The translations under genes were made by a program, and so were the position numbers. DNA of 64,000 nucleotides, from contig OX337238.1 of assembly GCA_946965045.2 (NCBI GenBank), positions 1,302,001 to 1,366,000 of the forward strand. The letters run 5' to 3'. Shown here piece after piece: positions 36,171 to 47,862 of the stretch. This DNA is from Epithemia pelagica (lineage: Eukaryota; Protista; Bacillariophyta). The notes under the pieces are model-generated. The model did no database searches and was not told the origin of the DNA. It saw nothing but the letters and a program-made list of their open reading frames with translations. How positions within the stretch are numbered: position 1 is the stretch's first letter; the number at the start of each line of letters is the position of its first letter.

Positions 36171-39100
36171 CTAAACTAGCAGTTGGGTGGGGTGATCGTG
36201 CGTGGAGTAGGCGGTGTGTGGGTTGAAAGGGCGGGGGAAGTAGCGGGTAGCGGGACAGACGGTGAAAACAGAAGATTTTTTGATTCTGCAAAGTTGACGT
36301 TGGTTGGAGAGGTGCAAGTCGGTGGTGGCTAAAGCGTCGAGAACATGTTGTGCTAATGCGGTGGTGATGGCATGTCCGAGAGTGAGCGTGGCGTGGCGTT
36401 GGAGAGACATTTGGAAAGGTTGGGGTTGTGGGTGGGTGCGCAGTTGGGCGGTATGGATGAGGTTTGAAGGTGCGAACTCCGTGAGGTTGTTGAAAGCCAA
36501 AAAACCATCGGGGTGGGCGAGGCAGCGGTCAGAACGGCCGAGTTGTGGTGTAGTCCAAGGCGGAGGGTTTGAGGGGGAGAGGGAATACCAGGGAGGGGGA
36601 CCGAAGAAGAAAGTGTGGGCGAAATGACCGAGGCCACCTGAGTGGTCGATGGAAAAAGGCAGGAGAAGGAAATTGTTGCTGTTGATAAGAGCGGTGGTGG
36701 TTGTGTCATGAGTGAATTTGTGGCGCGCTGCCGCGTGGTGAATCGAGGATGCGTCGTTGGCAATGTTGTCGAACGATTGACCGGTGCGGCTATTGGCTTC
36801 GGAGGGAGGTGTTGGAGGCAAATGAGGGTGGGCGGGGGGAATTGTGATGTCAATGGCTACATAGTGGAAGCAGTCGTTGGGGAGTGGTGGATGGAGGGCG
36901 AGGCCAATGTCGGCCGGGCGGATATTTCTGGGGTGGTGTGGTAGTAAGTTCGTTGGTTCAAGGTGGATGTCGTACTGGGTGCGGGTCCATTCGGCCCGAG
37001 GGGCAAGCTCTTGCGTGAGGAAGAACACGGCATCTCGTAGTTTGTTGGAAAGTTTGGTTTTATGGTGTTTCGAGCATGAAAAGAAGTGATCGCCGTACGG
37101 GTCAAGTTGTGGGTGATTGGAACAAAAACAAGAAAGAGGAAAATGCGCGGGAAGGAAGGGAAGACGGATTTTTCGTGAGATGGCAATTTGAAATAAAGCA
37201 TTGGGGATGCGGAAGTGATGAAGAGAACGAGGTTGATGTAGCGTACAAGAGGTCAGCCGTGACAAAGCAGATGGGAGGGAGCGTTGAAGTTTGGGCGGGG
37301 TGGAAGCAACAATCAACGGGAGCAGATGAGACTCCTGATTGTAAATTGTGAGCTGTCGTTGGGCATCGGGTGGGTAGGCAGCGGGGTTGGTGACATCGAA
37401 AGGTAGTTCGGAGGTGAACAACGATCCGAAATGGTGGTAGATTTCGGCGAAGGAACGGGGTGTGGGCAGGAGTGTTGGGTGGTGAGTGGTGGGAGGAGAA
37501 AAAACATGGGTGTGAGCCTGTGGGTACTCTGGAGAGTTTGCGAGACGGAGGGATCGGCTGATGGAGTTTAAGAGGGAGGGAACTGCAGTGGTACGGTGGC
37601 ATGGATATCCAAGTCCGCCGAGGGCTGTTGTGAGGTGAGCAAGATAGAGGGAGTGTTTTGGGACGGTGGTAGTGTGGGTCAGGTGTTTGAGAAAGGTCGT
37701 GACGATGGTATCAAGCCGTGGGGAGAGAAAGTTCGTCCAGAGTGTTGTGTCTGGGAGTGGATTCGAACGGTGTCGGAGGCGTAGGAGAATGTACGGGGAG
37801 AGGAGGTGGGTGATTTTGGGGAGGATGCTGGATCGGAAGAGAATGGATTTGGTTTGGGAGTTGGGTAGGGATTGGACGGCTGTCGCGGAGAATTCGATGG
37901 TGTCAAGTTTTTGGGTAAGAAATTGTTGAATGAATGTATCGCTTCCGATTGGGTGGCCTAAGAAACGTGTTCCTGTGGTAATTTCAGCTTCTGAGGGGTT
38001 GGACGGGTTGAGAAATGAGAGTGCCTGTTGAAGGTGTTGGCGGTTTGATGGGGTAAGGGCGGGTAAGGGGCTGTGGCCGTTGGTGGAAGATAAGATTTTG
38101 GTTTTTGCCTTGTTGAGATGTATGCCAAACTGTTGTCCCAGTTGTTCGAAGTTTTGAAGAAAGGGAAGGAGATCTTGGTGGAGTAGACAGACGGATGTGT
38201 CGTCCATGACACTTGCGGTGTGGCTGGTGCCACCCATGTTGTCGTCGCAGAGGAGGTGTTGTTTGATTCGTTCTAGGGCGCGGGTGGAAAGGTTTTTGTT
38301 GATGGTGGCGGTGAGCGTGGCGAGTACGAGACAAGCGAACAGTGGACTGAGGGGGCAGCCTTGGCTGAACCCTTCCGGTTGGTTGAGGGTTTGATTTTTC
38401 CCATGCTGGTCTTGGTACCAGTTTGTTGTGTCATTGGAGTACAGTAGGTCAAAGAGTGATACAAGTGGCTTGGTGGCTGGGTGGGATTGAAGTATTTCGC
38501 GGCAACGGGTGCGAGAGCATGCGTTGAACATGTTCGTCAAGTCGAGAAGGATGAGGGCTCTGGTGGGTGGGGTGGTATGGGTGGCGTCAGTGGTGACGTA
38601 TTGGTCGATCTGTTGTTGGGTGAGATGGGCGGTGAAATCTACGCCGCCGCTGGTGTTGATTCCATATTGTCCTTGGGTTGTGAGGATGGGTTCGATGTCG
38701 TCTGCTGTGATGGTTAGAGCAATTGTGGCTGCCGCGCGGCAAAGAGCTGTCCCGATGCCAATCGGGCGTAATTTATCAAGGTTGGAGATATCTTTGTGAA
38801 GAGCGAAGAAATGGATGGACGAGAAATACGGGCGAATTGGAGATGGGAGTTGGTTGTTTAGGATTTGAGCAAAGAGGTGTTTCAGGTTGTGGAAGTACGG
38901 CCGATCGGCGGAGGGATGGGTGGTGGACCTGTGGAGTCCAAGTGCCCGGATTGTGTCGATGGATGCAGAGAATGGGCCAGGGGCGGTTCCTTGGCTAAGT
39001 CGGTGGAGTGCCTTTTCAAAGGTGTTGTCGGTGATGGTGTTGTTGTGGGTAGGGGTATATTGCTGGTTTCAGAGGTGGTGTGGGGGATCTAGACGGGGCG

Positions 39101-40027
39101 GGTACAGGGATGTTTCAACAATTTTGATCCTTTCGGGAGTAAGGGTGGCGATGGGCATGGTTGCTGTGAGTCTGTTGTGGGCGGCCCGAATGTTTCCGAG
39201 GTCGGCGGCTTGTTGGGCGAATGTGGCCATTGATTGTGGGGTTGGTTTTTGGGGTTGGTGGTTTTGTTTGTGTTTGTTGGTGCGGTTGCGTCTGTGTGGC
39301 GGGGTTGTTCTTTTGTCTGGATGCCAAATTGAGTCAAAGAGATGGATGAGATCCCCTTGTTTGAGTTGGGCGACTCTATGTTTTAAGGCGTTGTGGTGTG
39401 TACGGTGTTGGGTTTGTTGGATGGGGGCGAGGAGGAGGGCTTCGATGATGAATAACAGTTTCCAGAAAGGGGTGCTGTCTGTGTTGTGTTTGGGTTGCGA
39501 CGTTGGTGATTCTGTCGTGGCGAAGGGAAGGGAGGCTTGGTTGGTCCATTGTATGACCATGTTGAAGGTTTGAAGAAAGAGGCGTTTGGCTTGGGGTTTG
39601 AGTTTGGTAAATGACGACCGGCGGAAGGGTGGAGGAGTGAGGGGGAGATTGTGGAGGAAGGCTAGTTGGTCTAGCCATTGTTGTGATTGTGTTGGTGAGA
39701 GGTGTCGGAGGTTGGATCGGATGATGTCGAGGTTTGTGGCTTGGCGGCAGTGGCTTTTGTTGGTGTGCGTTTGAAGGTGTCTTGGGGTGAGGAAGATTGC
39801 GGTTGGTTCGTTGCATAGACGGCAGGGGTGGAGGTTGTGGTGGTGACAAAAGCGGTCGGTAAGGTGTGTGGTTGGCTCGTCGGGTGGGCTTGTTGGAGGT
39901 GGAGGCGAATTTGATCGGTGGTTTGTCGTTGGGTGGAGGCGGGGGTGGAATGCCAAGAGCAATTGGGGTAGGGGCAAGTGGTTTGGGAGGGTGGTGTCGT
40001 GGGTTTGGAGTGTTTTGGGCTACTCAT
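36171..40027 (-). pseudogene. Retroelement ORF2 (ZnF-RT-CCHC-RLE) with a frameshift near 39870 and an in-frame TGA at 39069-39071
   Basis: CPYPNC...HLQQAH and CRLC...HTNKSH; LRPIGIG, LDLTNMFN, QGCPLSP, VMDD, FLGHPIG; CFC...DPYGDHFFSC; RPADI and AIDIT. Confidence 0.88.
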
Positions 40028-40885
40028 TGTTTGTTTGTCCCCCCGTGGGGTCGGTGGAGTTTGTGGGGTTTTCGTCGATTTCCATGTCGGTTGTGGGGTT
40101 GTTGTTGGGGTTATTGTGGGGTTCTGGTTGGAAGATGGTGTTGGGGTCTTGGATTAGGTCGTGGGCGAATTGCCAGATTGTTTTGGCATCGGTGTCGTTG
40201 AAGGAGGCGAGTTTGTCGACGAGTTGGTCTGTGAAAGTGGTCAGCAGGGAGGGGTCGTTGCTCCTGAGGTAGTCGTCGAGCAATTCTAGCTCATGAGTGG
40301 TGTCCTGGGAAAAATGGTTCGACGGGATGCGGTAGAGTAGGTGGTCTGGGGGTCGTTGGTTGTCGTCGTGTTTGTCTACCTGAGAGGAGAAGAGATTAGA
40401 GTCGGGTGGTGGTGTGGTTGGTGTGGTTGGTGTGGTGGTAGGTTCCTTGGTTGGTGTTGCGGTGGGGTTATTCGTTGGGTTGGGTTCCTCGTCGTCGGAA
40501 TCGTCGGCAAGTGCACTGTAGGGGCTGTTGGAGGTGTTGTGATTGGTGGTGGTGGCTGTGGCCGGTGTGATTGTGATGGGGCCGTTGCTGGTGTGATTTG
40601 TTGGTGTTTTGGTATTGTCGTCCGGAGAGGCGGGGCGTTTTCGCGTGGGAGTTTCGGTGATTGGGGTGGTATTGGGGTTGGATGATTGGAGGTGGTTTGC
40701 GGGTTGGTTAAACCGGCTGGCAAGGGCGGCCAGACGTTTGGTGCGATTGGCAGAGGAGGGGCGGTGATTGGGGGTGGATGGTGGGATTTTGGCCGTGACA
40801 GCTGCCATGGTTTGGTGGAGCAGGTGAGAGGGGAATCCGGCGAGTTTCTCTCGGATGTTTGTGGGGTTGATGTGCATTGTTCCTA

Positions 40886-41603
40886 CTCCCTCCTGCTCGA
40901 AATTATCGCAACAAGTTACAAAAAATGACGTAACTTCTTTCGCGCGGGCCCTTTAGCGCTAAAAATTATATAGATCGATAGCTTATGTTTAGACTCAAAT
41001 TTCCATGTATAATTTATATGTTCCATCTCACAATCCTGTAGAGCTACATGGAACTAAAAGAGGCTAAGAAAGCAACCCAAACTTTGGCGTACCGGTACTG
41101 GCCCCCCAGGTGCACCCAAGCCATGGCACCCTCCAGCCAGGCCCGCGAGGGGGTAAAGTACAAAGAGTTGCTGGCTAATGACTGTGGACGTTCTATGGAC
41201 ATTAATCTATCCTTCCCCATCTAAATGGCACCTTGCCAGAGGTGTTTTGTCGAACGTCGCCAAAATTTTTGGTACTCATCGATCCATCATAAGTAGGGAA
41301 TCAGAGCGCGCACAGCAATCGCATGCGGGGGACTTAATTAATTCCCCCATCATTTCATCCATCGCGCGCGCGTGGTCGGATTCCTAAGTGTTCTTCACCT
41401 ACTGTTATCTAAGCGGTTAAAAGTGTCAAGCGAATAAAGGATAGTTAGGTTTTGGCGCGTGTCACGTTGAATGTTCATCTCTAAAATTCGACTCCGAATG
41501 AGCCGGCCATCCTCCTGTAGAAATGTACCAGGGCCTACGAGAGCTTTTTGTGCGACTACTATGACTAAAAAAACTTGTTGCAATAATTTCGAGCAGGAGG
41601 GAG
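40886..41603. mobile_element. Stowaway-like Tc1/mariner MITE or deletion derivative (718 bp) nested in the retroelement
   Basis: 32-bp TIRs CTCCCTCCTGCTCGAAATTAT(C/T)GCAACAAGTT at 40886-40917 and 41572-41603; TA TSD at 40884-85 and 41604-05; internal HTH-like remnant LARGVLSNVAKIFGTHRSIISR. Confidence 0.92.
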
Positions 41604-42715
41604 TATGTTACAATGTAAATAGAGGTTGTAACTCTCTGGGGATGGGTTGTGGGCGGAAAATTGTGGGAACAGTCCCCGATAGTCGGTGAGGTGGAAGAGT
41701 GCGTCCCAGTCGTCGGGAGATGCTGCTGGGTTGGTGTTGTGGAGGCGGACGACGTGACATTCCGCAAAATTTGTGTCTATGGTGCGCAGTGAGTCGATGT
41801 AGTCTGATCTTTCAGATGGATTTTCGGGGAAGGGGAGAAGGTGAAAAGGGACCTTGTGGTACGTGAGGTTGTGTTGATTTGCTTGGGTGAACGCTTCTGC
41901 GGCGTCTAAGAGAAGTTCAAATTTCTCTAGGGAGGAGGAAGAGATGATGACGGTGGGGAGGGTGAAGGAAGGACCCTTGTTGGGTGGGTGCCCGGTGATG
42001 GTCCCGTCTCGGAGACCATAGTGCGTTGAAAAATCTGCCATGGAGTGTAGGTCGGGTGGGAGGTGGGGGAACAGTTGGTCTCTGATGGCTGTGAGCACGT
42101 GGAGGAAGGCTCGTTTGTGGAAGATTGTTTTGGGTGGTAGGCCCGCGAGGAGGCCATAGCCGCGGCAATCTGGGTGGTTGCAGGCTGGTGCATACAGTTT
42201 GAGTTGGGGAGCGCGTTCGCTGGTGGTGGGGTTGGAATCCGGGGTGGCTGGTTGCAGGATGTCTTGGAGGCCTGTGGTGGGGTCGTGGGTAAAGTCTTGG
42301 TGGTGGTGGTGGTTCCAACGTTGTAAGATGAATTTGAGCGCTTGCTTATGGTAGAGTTCTGAGTCGAATTGGTCTTGGGTGGTGGCAGGTTTCAGTACGA
42401 CCTGGAAGGTAGAAACGTGTCCTCATGGGGTGGTGTTGGGGCGGCGGGAGGGGGTCGGGATCTTGGTGGTGAGGTAGTTGATTTCGTGGATGGCGAGAAG
42501 GATGGGTTGCTCACGTGTACGGTGGTGGTCGAGAGTTCCTTGAATTATATTTTTGATGGTGGTACCGGAGAGCGGTGGGAGGCGTTGTTCCCGGGTGGGG
42601 TCGGGCTCATGGTGCACGTAGGCATTCCAATAGATGTAGTTTGTGGTTATGGAGTCTTCGCTGTCGTCGTCGTTGTGGTAGGAGTAGGGACTGGGTGGCG
42701 TGGTGGGAGGGGTCG

Positions 42716-42827
42716 TGGGGTTGGGTTCCGAGTGTTTCTGGGTTTTGTAGGGATTCTTGGTGGGGTTGGTCTTGGGGTTGGGTTCCGAGTGTTTCTGGGT
42801 TTTGTATGGATTCTTGGTGGGGTTGGT
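42716..42827 (-). repeat. 57-bp tandem duplication in ORF1 (TNPTKNPYKTQKHSEPNP twice)
   Basis: Units start at 42716 and 42773. Confidence 0.9.
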
Positions 42828-43259
42828 GCTGGGTGGGGGCTTGGAGGTGGGGACGCTGGGTGGGGACTTGGGTGGGGATGGAGGCTTGGTGGTAGTGGTA
42901 CTGGGTGGGGTCGTGGTTGGAGTGGGGTTGGGGGAGGGGGGTGTGGTAGGGACGGAGCGGTGGATGCGGGGTGGGGTAGCTGGGGACGTCTTGGAGATCG
43001 CGAGGAGGGTTGGGTGGAGGGTAGGGACGGGAAGGGGCTTTTCAAGGATGGTTTTGGTGGTGGCCGAGTTCTTGTTTTTCTGTGTTTTTTTGGTTTTCTG
43101 CTTGTTAGGGAGTGGAGTGAGGGTGGAGAGTGGGACGTGGTTGGTGGAGTTGGTGAGGCGGTTCTGACGGGCAAGGGGAGGCGCCATGGTTGGAGGGAGG
43201 GAGCGTTGTGTTGCGAGCGAGATGAGGACTACGACGGGAAGGGGACAAAATGAATTTTG

Positions 43260-43547
43260 TGAGCAAGGATAGGCGGGGGAGATGGGTGGTGGTTGGGGGA
43301 TGATGTGGATCTTGTTGGGTGTCAGAATTGTTGGTGAGTGTGGCTGGGAGTGTACTGAGCAAGGATAGGCGGGGGAGATGGGTGGTGGTTGGGGGATGAT
43401 GTGGGTCTTGTTGGGTGTCAGAAGTGTTGCTGAGTCTGGCTGGGAGTGTACTGAGCAAGGATAGGCGGGGGAGATGGGTGGTGGTTGGGGGATGATGTGG
43501 ATTTTGTTGGGTGTCAGAATTGTTGGTGAGTGTGGCTGGGAGTGTAC
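43260..43547 (-). repeat. Three tandem 96-bp repeats in the retroelement 5' region
   Basis: Units start at 43260, 43356 and 43452, near-identical, without spacers. Confidence 0.95.
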
Positions 43548-43739
43548 TGGTGGTGGGATGGTGTCGGTTTGCAGCTGGTGGGGGACGACGTGGAGTTTGG
43601 GAAGGTGTTCTTTGGTGTCACGGGATATGTTTCGGCAGCTGGTTGGGGGTCGGGGGCATCTGGTTGGGGTCAGGGTGCTATGAGGTGGCGGAGTGGTGGT
43701 GTCGGTTGGGGGGAAAAAGCATCTGGTTGGGGTTCCTCG

Positions 43740-44023
43740 GCATCATGAAATTACTGATTCATCATAGTGTCAATGTCAAGGATGATTTTCACAGTGATGG
43801 GTACGCTCCTGTACATCGTGTGTGTTGGGGCAACACTGGCCGTCATGCAGAAACCTTGAAAGTACTTCGAGATGAAGGAGGTGTCGATATTGCAAATTTG
43901 GCCAGTCGCCACAAGGAAGGCAAAGTATGTCGTCAAATGACCAACAATCCTACCATTTTTGCGCTGCTGGAGGAAACATTGAGCGCCCAAGATCATACCG
44001 CTCCGTCACAGGATGAACTGTAA
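43740..44023 (+). pseudogene. 3' fragment of an ankyrin-repeat gene ending in the ER-retention-like signal QDEL
   Basis: IMKLLIHHSVNVKDDFHSDGYAPVHRVCWGNTGRHAETLKVL...SQDEL*; upstream the frame runs into retroelement sequence. Confidence 0.7.
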
Positions 44024-44430
44024 AATAGGGAATGGGATTTGGGGACAACGGAACGCCGGGCTGTATACAATAAGCGATTGAGGTAGCAGTTTCTTACTTC
44101 GGCCTTTGTACCATGAAAACAAGTATTCCTTGTGAATCATCCTACGCAAAAAACTACTGAGAGTAGGATGGTGCAAAGAGCAGGATATACTATAAAAAAT
44201 CCCGTTACTCATCTGGATAATCTTCCAGGATAGCCTTCGAACCTTTTTCATATATGAAATACATGTAGACCAAAATTCGCAGTGTGACGCCACTTTTTTG
44301 TGCAGAAGACTTTCAAAGTCTCCCGATTGATCATTCTTATCTTGCATAAGACTTCAAGTCTCCGATTGGTCAGTGTCATTTGAAAAAGTGCGCACAGCTT
44401 ACGCCCAAACCCCTGATGAGTGACACACAT

Positions 44431-45615
44431 CTATTCATGTGCTTCTGATACTTCCGTGGCAGATGCCTCTGGAGTAGATGCTTCCGAAGTTGACACTTCC
44501 GCAGTAGAAGATGTTCCGGAAGTCTCCGTTTGATCCAACGTGGAATCCATCTCTGATGCCACGAGAGGGCAGTGAAGAAAGCTGTTTCGACACAGCGGAC
44601 ATGGAACGGCCAGTGCTGTCTTGTTCCCTTGCGAGGCCTTGTTTCGAATGTGGCTTTTCAAGCATGTATGGGCATACTGAGCCATGCAGGTGGTGTGAAA
44701 GGCATGCATACAGTCATCCGAGTCGGACCACGACACGGATTCTCCCTTCTTGTACGAACTCAAACAAATGGCGCAGGTCGCAGGGACCAATCGATTGGCA
44801 TTGACAAACTCATCTGTGTCACTGGGCAACTTGAGGAGCAAGTTGTCGGACGCCGCCATGTCCAGCCCGCTTTGACCCAGAGAAAAATTCCAACGACGAC
44901 TACTTTTTCGGGGTGAAGAAACAGGGCTGGGTTGCTCTTCGTTCGAATTCTCTTGCTCATTGGGGCTTGACTGGTTCGCGTTGGTTTGTTGTGGTTGGGA
45001 TTTGCTATCTTCTGGAGCCTCCTCTTCTTCCGAGGCAACGGAAGTGTCATTCTCAATGGGTTGGCCCACAGACACAGAGGTGTTGTCCACAACATTTTGA
45101 CTCAACGGATTTCCTCCCAACTCCACATCGTACAGAATGCTCCCATCTATGCCCTCGAGGTCTTGTGCATCAATGTCCCCAGTGATTCGGTGTGACTCTT
45201 CTTTGGGAATCAGATCCTTGGTTTCAACACGCATAGTCGTCTTTTTCAAAAGCGCCTTGAAATCCACCTTGTTGAGGCGCTTGTCGTTGGCAGTGCTGTT
45301 GTTGTTGGTGGAGGCATTGAGAGTGGGAAGGCGGTATCTTGGGCGATAGCTTGGCATGGGATCGAGATTGTCTTCGTCCTCGCGACTGCAGCAATTGCAA
45401 GATGGTAAACACAAAAAGGCAGCAATTGCGAAGAACAAGATGAAACCCACAAATGCAGACAGTTCTTGGGGTGTCGTAGTGGCTTCTTCCGCGCTGCTAT
45501 CAGGGCCGCTATCTTGCAAAAAACGATGCATGGAGACTAATTCTTGGGAGGAAGACAATCCCAGACTGGTGTCACCAGTTCTCAACCAATGATGGCCATC
45601 CATGATATGTTCCAT
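44431..45615 (-). CDS. Transmembrane RING-H2 E3 ligase-like protein; start uncertain (ORF open to 45762)
   Basis: TM AFVGFILFFAIAAFLCL; CAICLSSY...CMHAFHTTC...CPLC. Confidence 0.82.
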   Translation of the reverse strand: MEHIMDGHHWLRTGDTSLGLSSSQELVSMHRFLQDSGPDSSAEEATTTPQELSAFVGFILFFAIAAFLCLPSCNCCSREDEDNLDPMPSYRPRYRLPTLNASTNNNSTANDKRLNKVDFKALLKKTTMRVETKDLIPKEESHRITGDIDAQDLEGIDGSILYDVELGGNPLSQNVVDNTSVSVGQPIENDTSVASEEEEAPEDSKSQPQQTNANQSSPNEQENSNEEQPSPVSSPRKSSRRWNFSLGQSGLDMAASDNLLLKLPSDTDEFVNANRLVPATCAICLSSYKKGESVSWSDSDDCMHAFHTTCMAQYAHTCLKSHIRNKASQGNKTALAVPCPLCRNSFLHCPLVASEMDSTLDQTETSGTSSTAEVSTSEASTPEASATEVSEAHE

Positions 45616-46223
45616 AACTCGAGACTCGCTGCTTTCAATGCTTTGGTTGCTTTTCTTCTTCTTGTGAGGACAATTCTTGTCACCACGCTTGCTCTGGAGT
45701 TGCACTTGTCTTTCTCCAAGTATGAGATCATTCTGTTCCGTGTCGAAGCAAACATCTGCCAACGAAAAACATCTGTCTCACATACAAAATCGACGTCAGC
45801 ACTCACCATCACATTCTAGATCTAATCGTAACATAATTCTGAAATTTACCAAAACGTACATCTACTTCCACCTACTTCCACTAGGAACTAGGACCAACCA
45901 TGAACCTTCCAAACGAAAGATCCGACAACGACCAACCCCAAGCGGTCACGGTCATAAAAATCATTCCGAACTCCCTCAAAGCGAGCGCCCCAACACGACG
46001 ACAGGTTATGAGCCCAAACGCTACCGCTGGGTGTTGATACTCTTTCTTACATACTCGCTTTGGAACATGCAAGGTTCTCTTTCTTTACTTAACCCTCGAA
46101 TCGTGGAGAGACTCAAGAAAACAAAGCCCTTGACTCCCAACCGATTGTATCCGCTACCTTTCAAGATGAACTGTGTCTCAGATTCGTTCAACTCCCACAG
46201 TTTCACGACCGCGTCACAAATCG

Positions 46224-46278
46224 GACCTGCACGAAGACAGAGCGCCACGACAGCTGCAGGATGTGGTCGCTGGGTCAT
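46224..46278 (+). repeat. 55-bp direct repeat, copy 1
   Basis: GACCTGCACGAAGACAGAGCGCCACGACAGCTGCAGGATGTGGTCGCTGGGTCAT, identical to 58822-58876. Confidence 0.97.
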
Positions 46279-46509
46279 CCCTTCGTTGTTCGACTGAGTT
46301 CAGAATGAACGTGTCGGGTAAGCCGGCAGGCTAAGGGGGTCTGGGGGTGGGAAAACAACAAAGACTGGATAAAATTTTTTTAGCTCAAGAGTCGAAATTC
46401 AGTACTTTTCACCAAAAGCTTCCCACGTTAGGCAGAAAACGCCGGGCCAACCCCTATTCAAAACCATTCAGCCCCGATGAAAAACAATGATCGAAGAACG
46501 GTCATCCAT

Positions 46510-46629
46510 TGTTTTATCAATCCATTAAATAGAAACCATTTCACCACGCTGTTCCACGTCAGAATCTCGTCTGTTTTATCAATCCATTAATAAACTCATT
46601 TTTTCACCACGCTGTTCCACGTCAGAATC
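46510..46629 (+). repeat. About 62-bp imperfect tandem duplication
   Basis: TGTTTTATCAATCCATTAA...TTCACCACGCTGTTCCACGTCAGAATC at 46510 and 46572. Confidence 0.88.
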
Positions 46630-46925
46630 ACGCCCAACGAACCAACCCACGAAACATCCCCCCACGCCATAAGGATTTTAGCAACTTTGTCACTAACACC
46701 TAGCCAAACATAGAAGCTGAAGACCTAGACTTGTAGAAATGCATCCGAAGGCAACACAAATTGGAGTAAGATCCCCCCAGACATAGGCATTCTTAGTAAG
46801 AATCTGGCGTGCCGACGAAAAATCGTACAGTATTAGCATACTAAAGTTTTTTTAGAATATAGGCGGGATTACGTTTCTACAACCGATCGTACCCATTCAC
46901 TTTCTCCGTTCCTCGTACTTTCCGA

Positions 46926-47762
46926 TTAGACGAGATCCACACGCGGAAAATAGTTCAAGTACTGATGTTCCTGTACAACGGCATCCATCAATCCCACGTT
47001 AAATTCAAGCTCCAATGTCACGATAGCATTGTCGTCGAAAATCGTTTCAGCCACAGTCGCATTAATGCCCAATTGGTCGCTCGTCCCCGATTTTTTGAGA
47101 ATCATGAAACCAGGGTCAACCCCCGGTAGGTAGGTCTTGTACAACTCAGCCATCACATCACGAATCTCCCAGAAACGATTAACATGAACAATCAACTCAC
47201 CCATCAAATTGTTGGTCTTGACACGGCAAGGGAGCCAGTCGTGAGATGGACTACCAAACGTGACAGGGCGTTGAATACCAGACGGAAAGCGAATACGAAA
47301 TCCTCCCTCAATCGTCGACAACTTGTCAATCGGAAAGGGCCTGGACGTAGTAGGCGGACGAAAATAGATCCTGTAGCTACCCTTCAATACCAAATCTTGC
47401 TCAACCGTAGGCAATCCCCAGCTGTGTCCCTCACTCGAATCCACTGACCACCGAACTCGCATGATTCGTCCGTCATGACCAAGAGACTCACCACCATCGA
47501 TCACCTGGTTTGTCTGTTCATCTGCCAAGCCAATCAAAGTTTCCGGAACCTCCAACGCTTCGGAAACACGAAGCCGAATGACGTCGAGTGGAGTGTCTTG
47601 CATGCACATTGCACCGAATCCCCACGTCGGCGAAACTTTAACAATAAACTGCGCCATCTCGTCGTCGGCCCCAACAACGAAGTGCCGCGACGGCAAAACA
47701 ACCAACTGAACCATAGTCTTGACAACTGAGGTAAGTGCACAAAAGCAGACTGTGGTGGACAC
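46926..47762 (-). CDS. Protein with two predicted ubiquitin-like (beta-grasp) domains; start uncertain
   Basis: QFIVKV...DTPLDVIRLRVSEALEVPETLIGL...QVIDGGESL and PCRVKT...IRDVMAELY...GVDPGFMIL...QLGINATVAETIFDDNAIVTLEL follow the ubiquitin hydrophobic pattern (by eye). Confidence 0.55.
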   Translation of the reverse strand: MSTTVCFCALTSVVKTMVQLVVLPSRHFVVGADDEMAQFIVKVSPTWGFGAMCMQDTPLDVIRLRVSEALEVPETLIGLADEQTNQVIDGGESLGHDGRIMRVRWSVDSSEGHSWGLPTVEQDLVLKGSYRIYFRPPTTSRPFPIDKLSTIEGGFRIRFPSGIQRPVTFGSPSHDWLPCRVKTNNLMGELIVHVNRFWEIRDVMAELYKTYLPGVDPGFMILKKSGTSDQLGINATVAETIFDDNAIVTLELEFNVGLMDAVVQEHQYLNYFPRVDLV

Positions 47763-47862
47763 GAAAATTTATAAGACAACTTCGTCTCTAACCTTTTCTT
47801 CTATTCTGTTACCTAAAAAACCCACCCGCAAACCGTAACCACACCTCCACGGAGGTCGTGCC

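Larger units (their letters stand above)
40020..43187 (-). pseudogene. Retroelement ORF1 (Pro/Thr-rich, about 815 codons when repaired) broken by TGA 42423-42425 and the MITE
   Basis: ORFs 42423..43187, 41565..42098 and 40020..40877 join in one frame once the MITE and one TA are removed (HCNI|GTMHIN); its stop overlaps the ORF2 start (ATGAGTAG). Confidence 0.75.
36100..43735 (-). mobile_element. CRE-like non-LTR retrotransposon with RLE endonuclease, two ORFs, decayed; ends approximate
   Basis: 5' 96-bp tandem repeats, ORF1, ORF2 with two C2H2 fingers, RT, CCHC knuckle and RLE motifs; strongly C/A-rich sense strand; no poly(A) tail or clean TSD found. Confidence 0.85.

Noticed and set aside
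43260-43547. Possible CRISPR-like array (also considered 50331-50622)
   Set aside because: Repeats are contiguous with no unique spacers, there are no cas genes, and the context is eukaryotic.
42369-44023. Long Gly/Val/Trp-rich plus-strand ORFs across the retroelement
   Set aside because: Antisense shadows of the C/A-rich minus-strand element; only 43740-44023 carries real (ankyrin) motifs.
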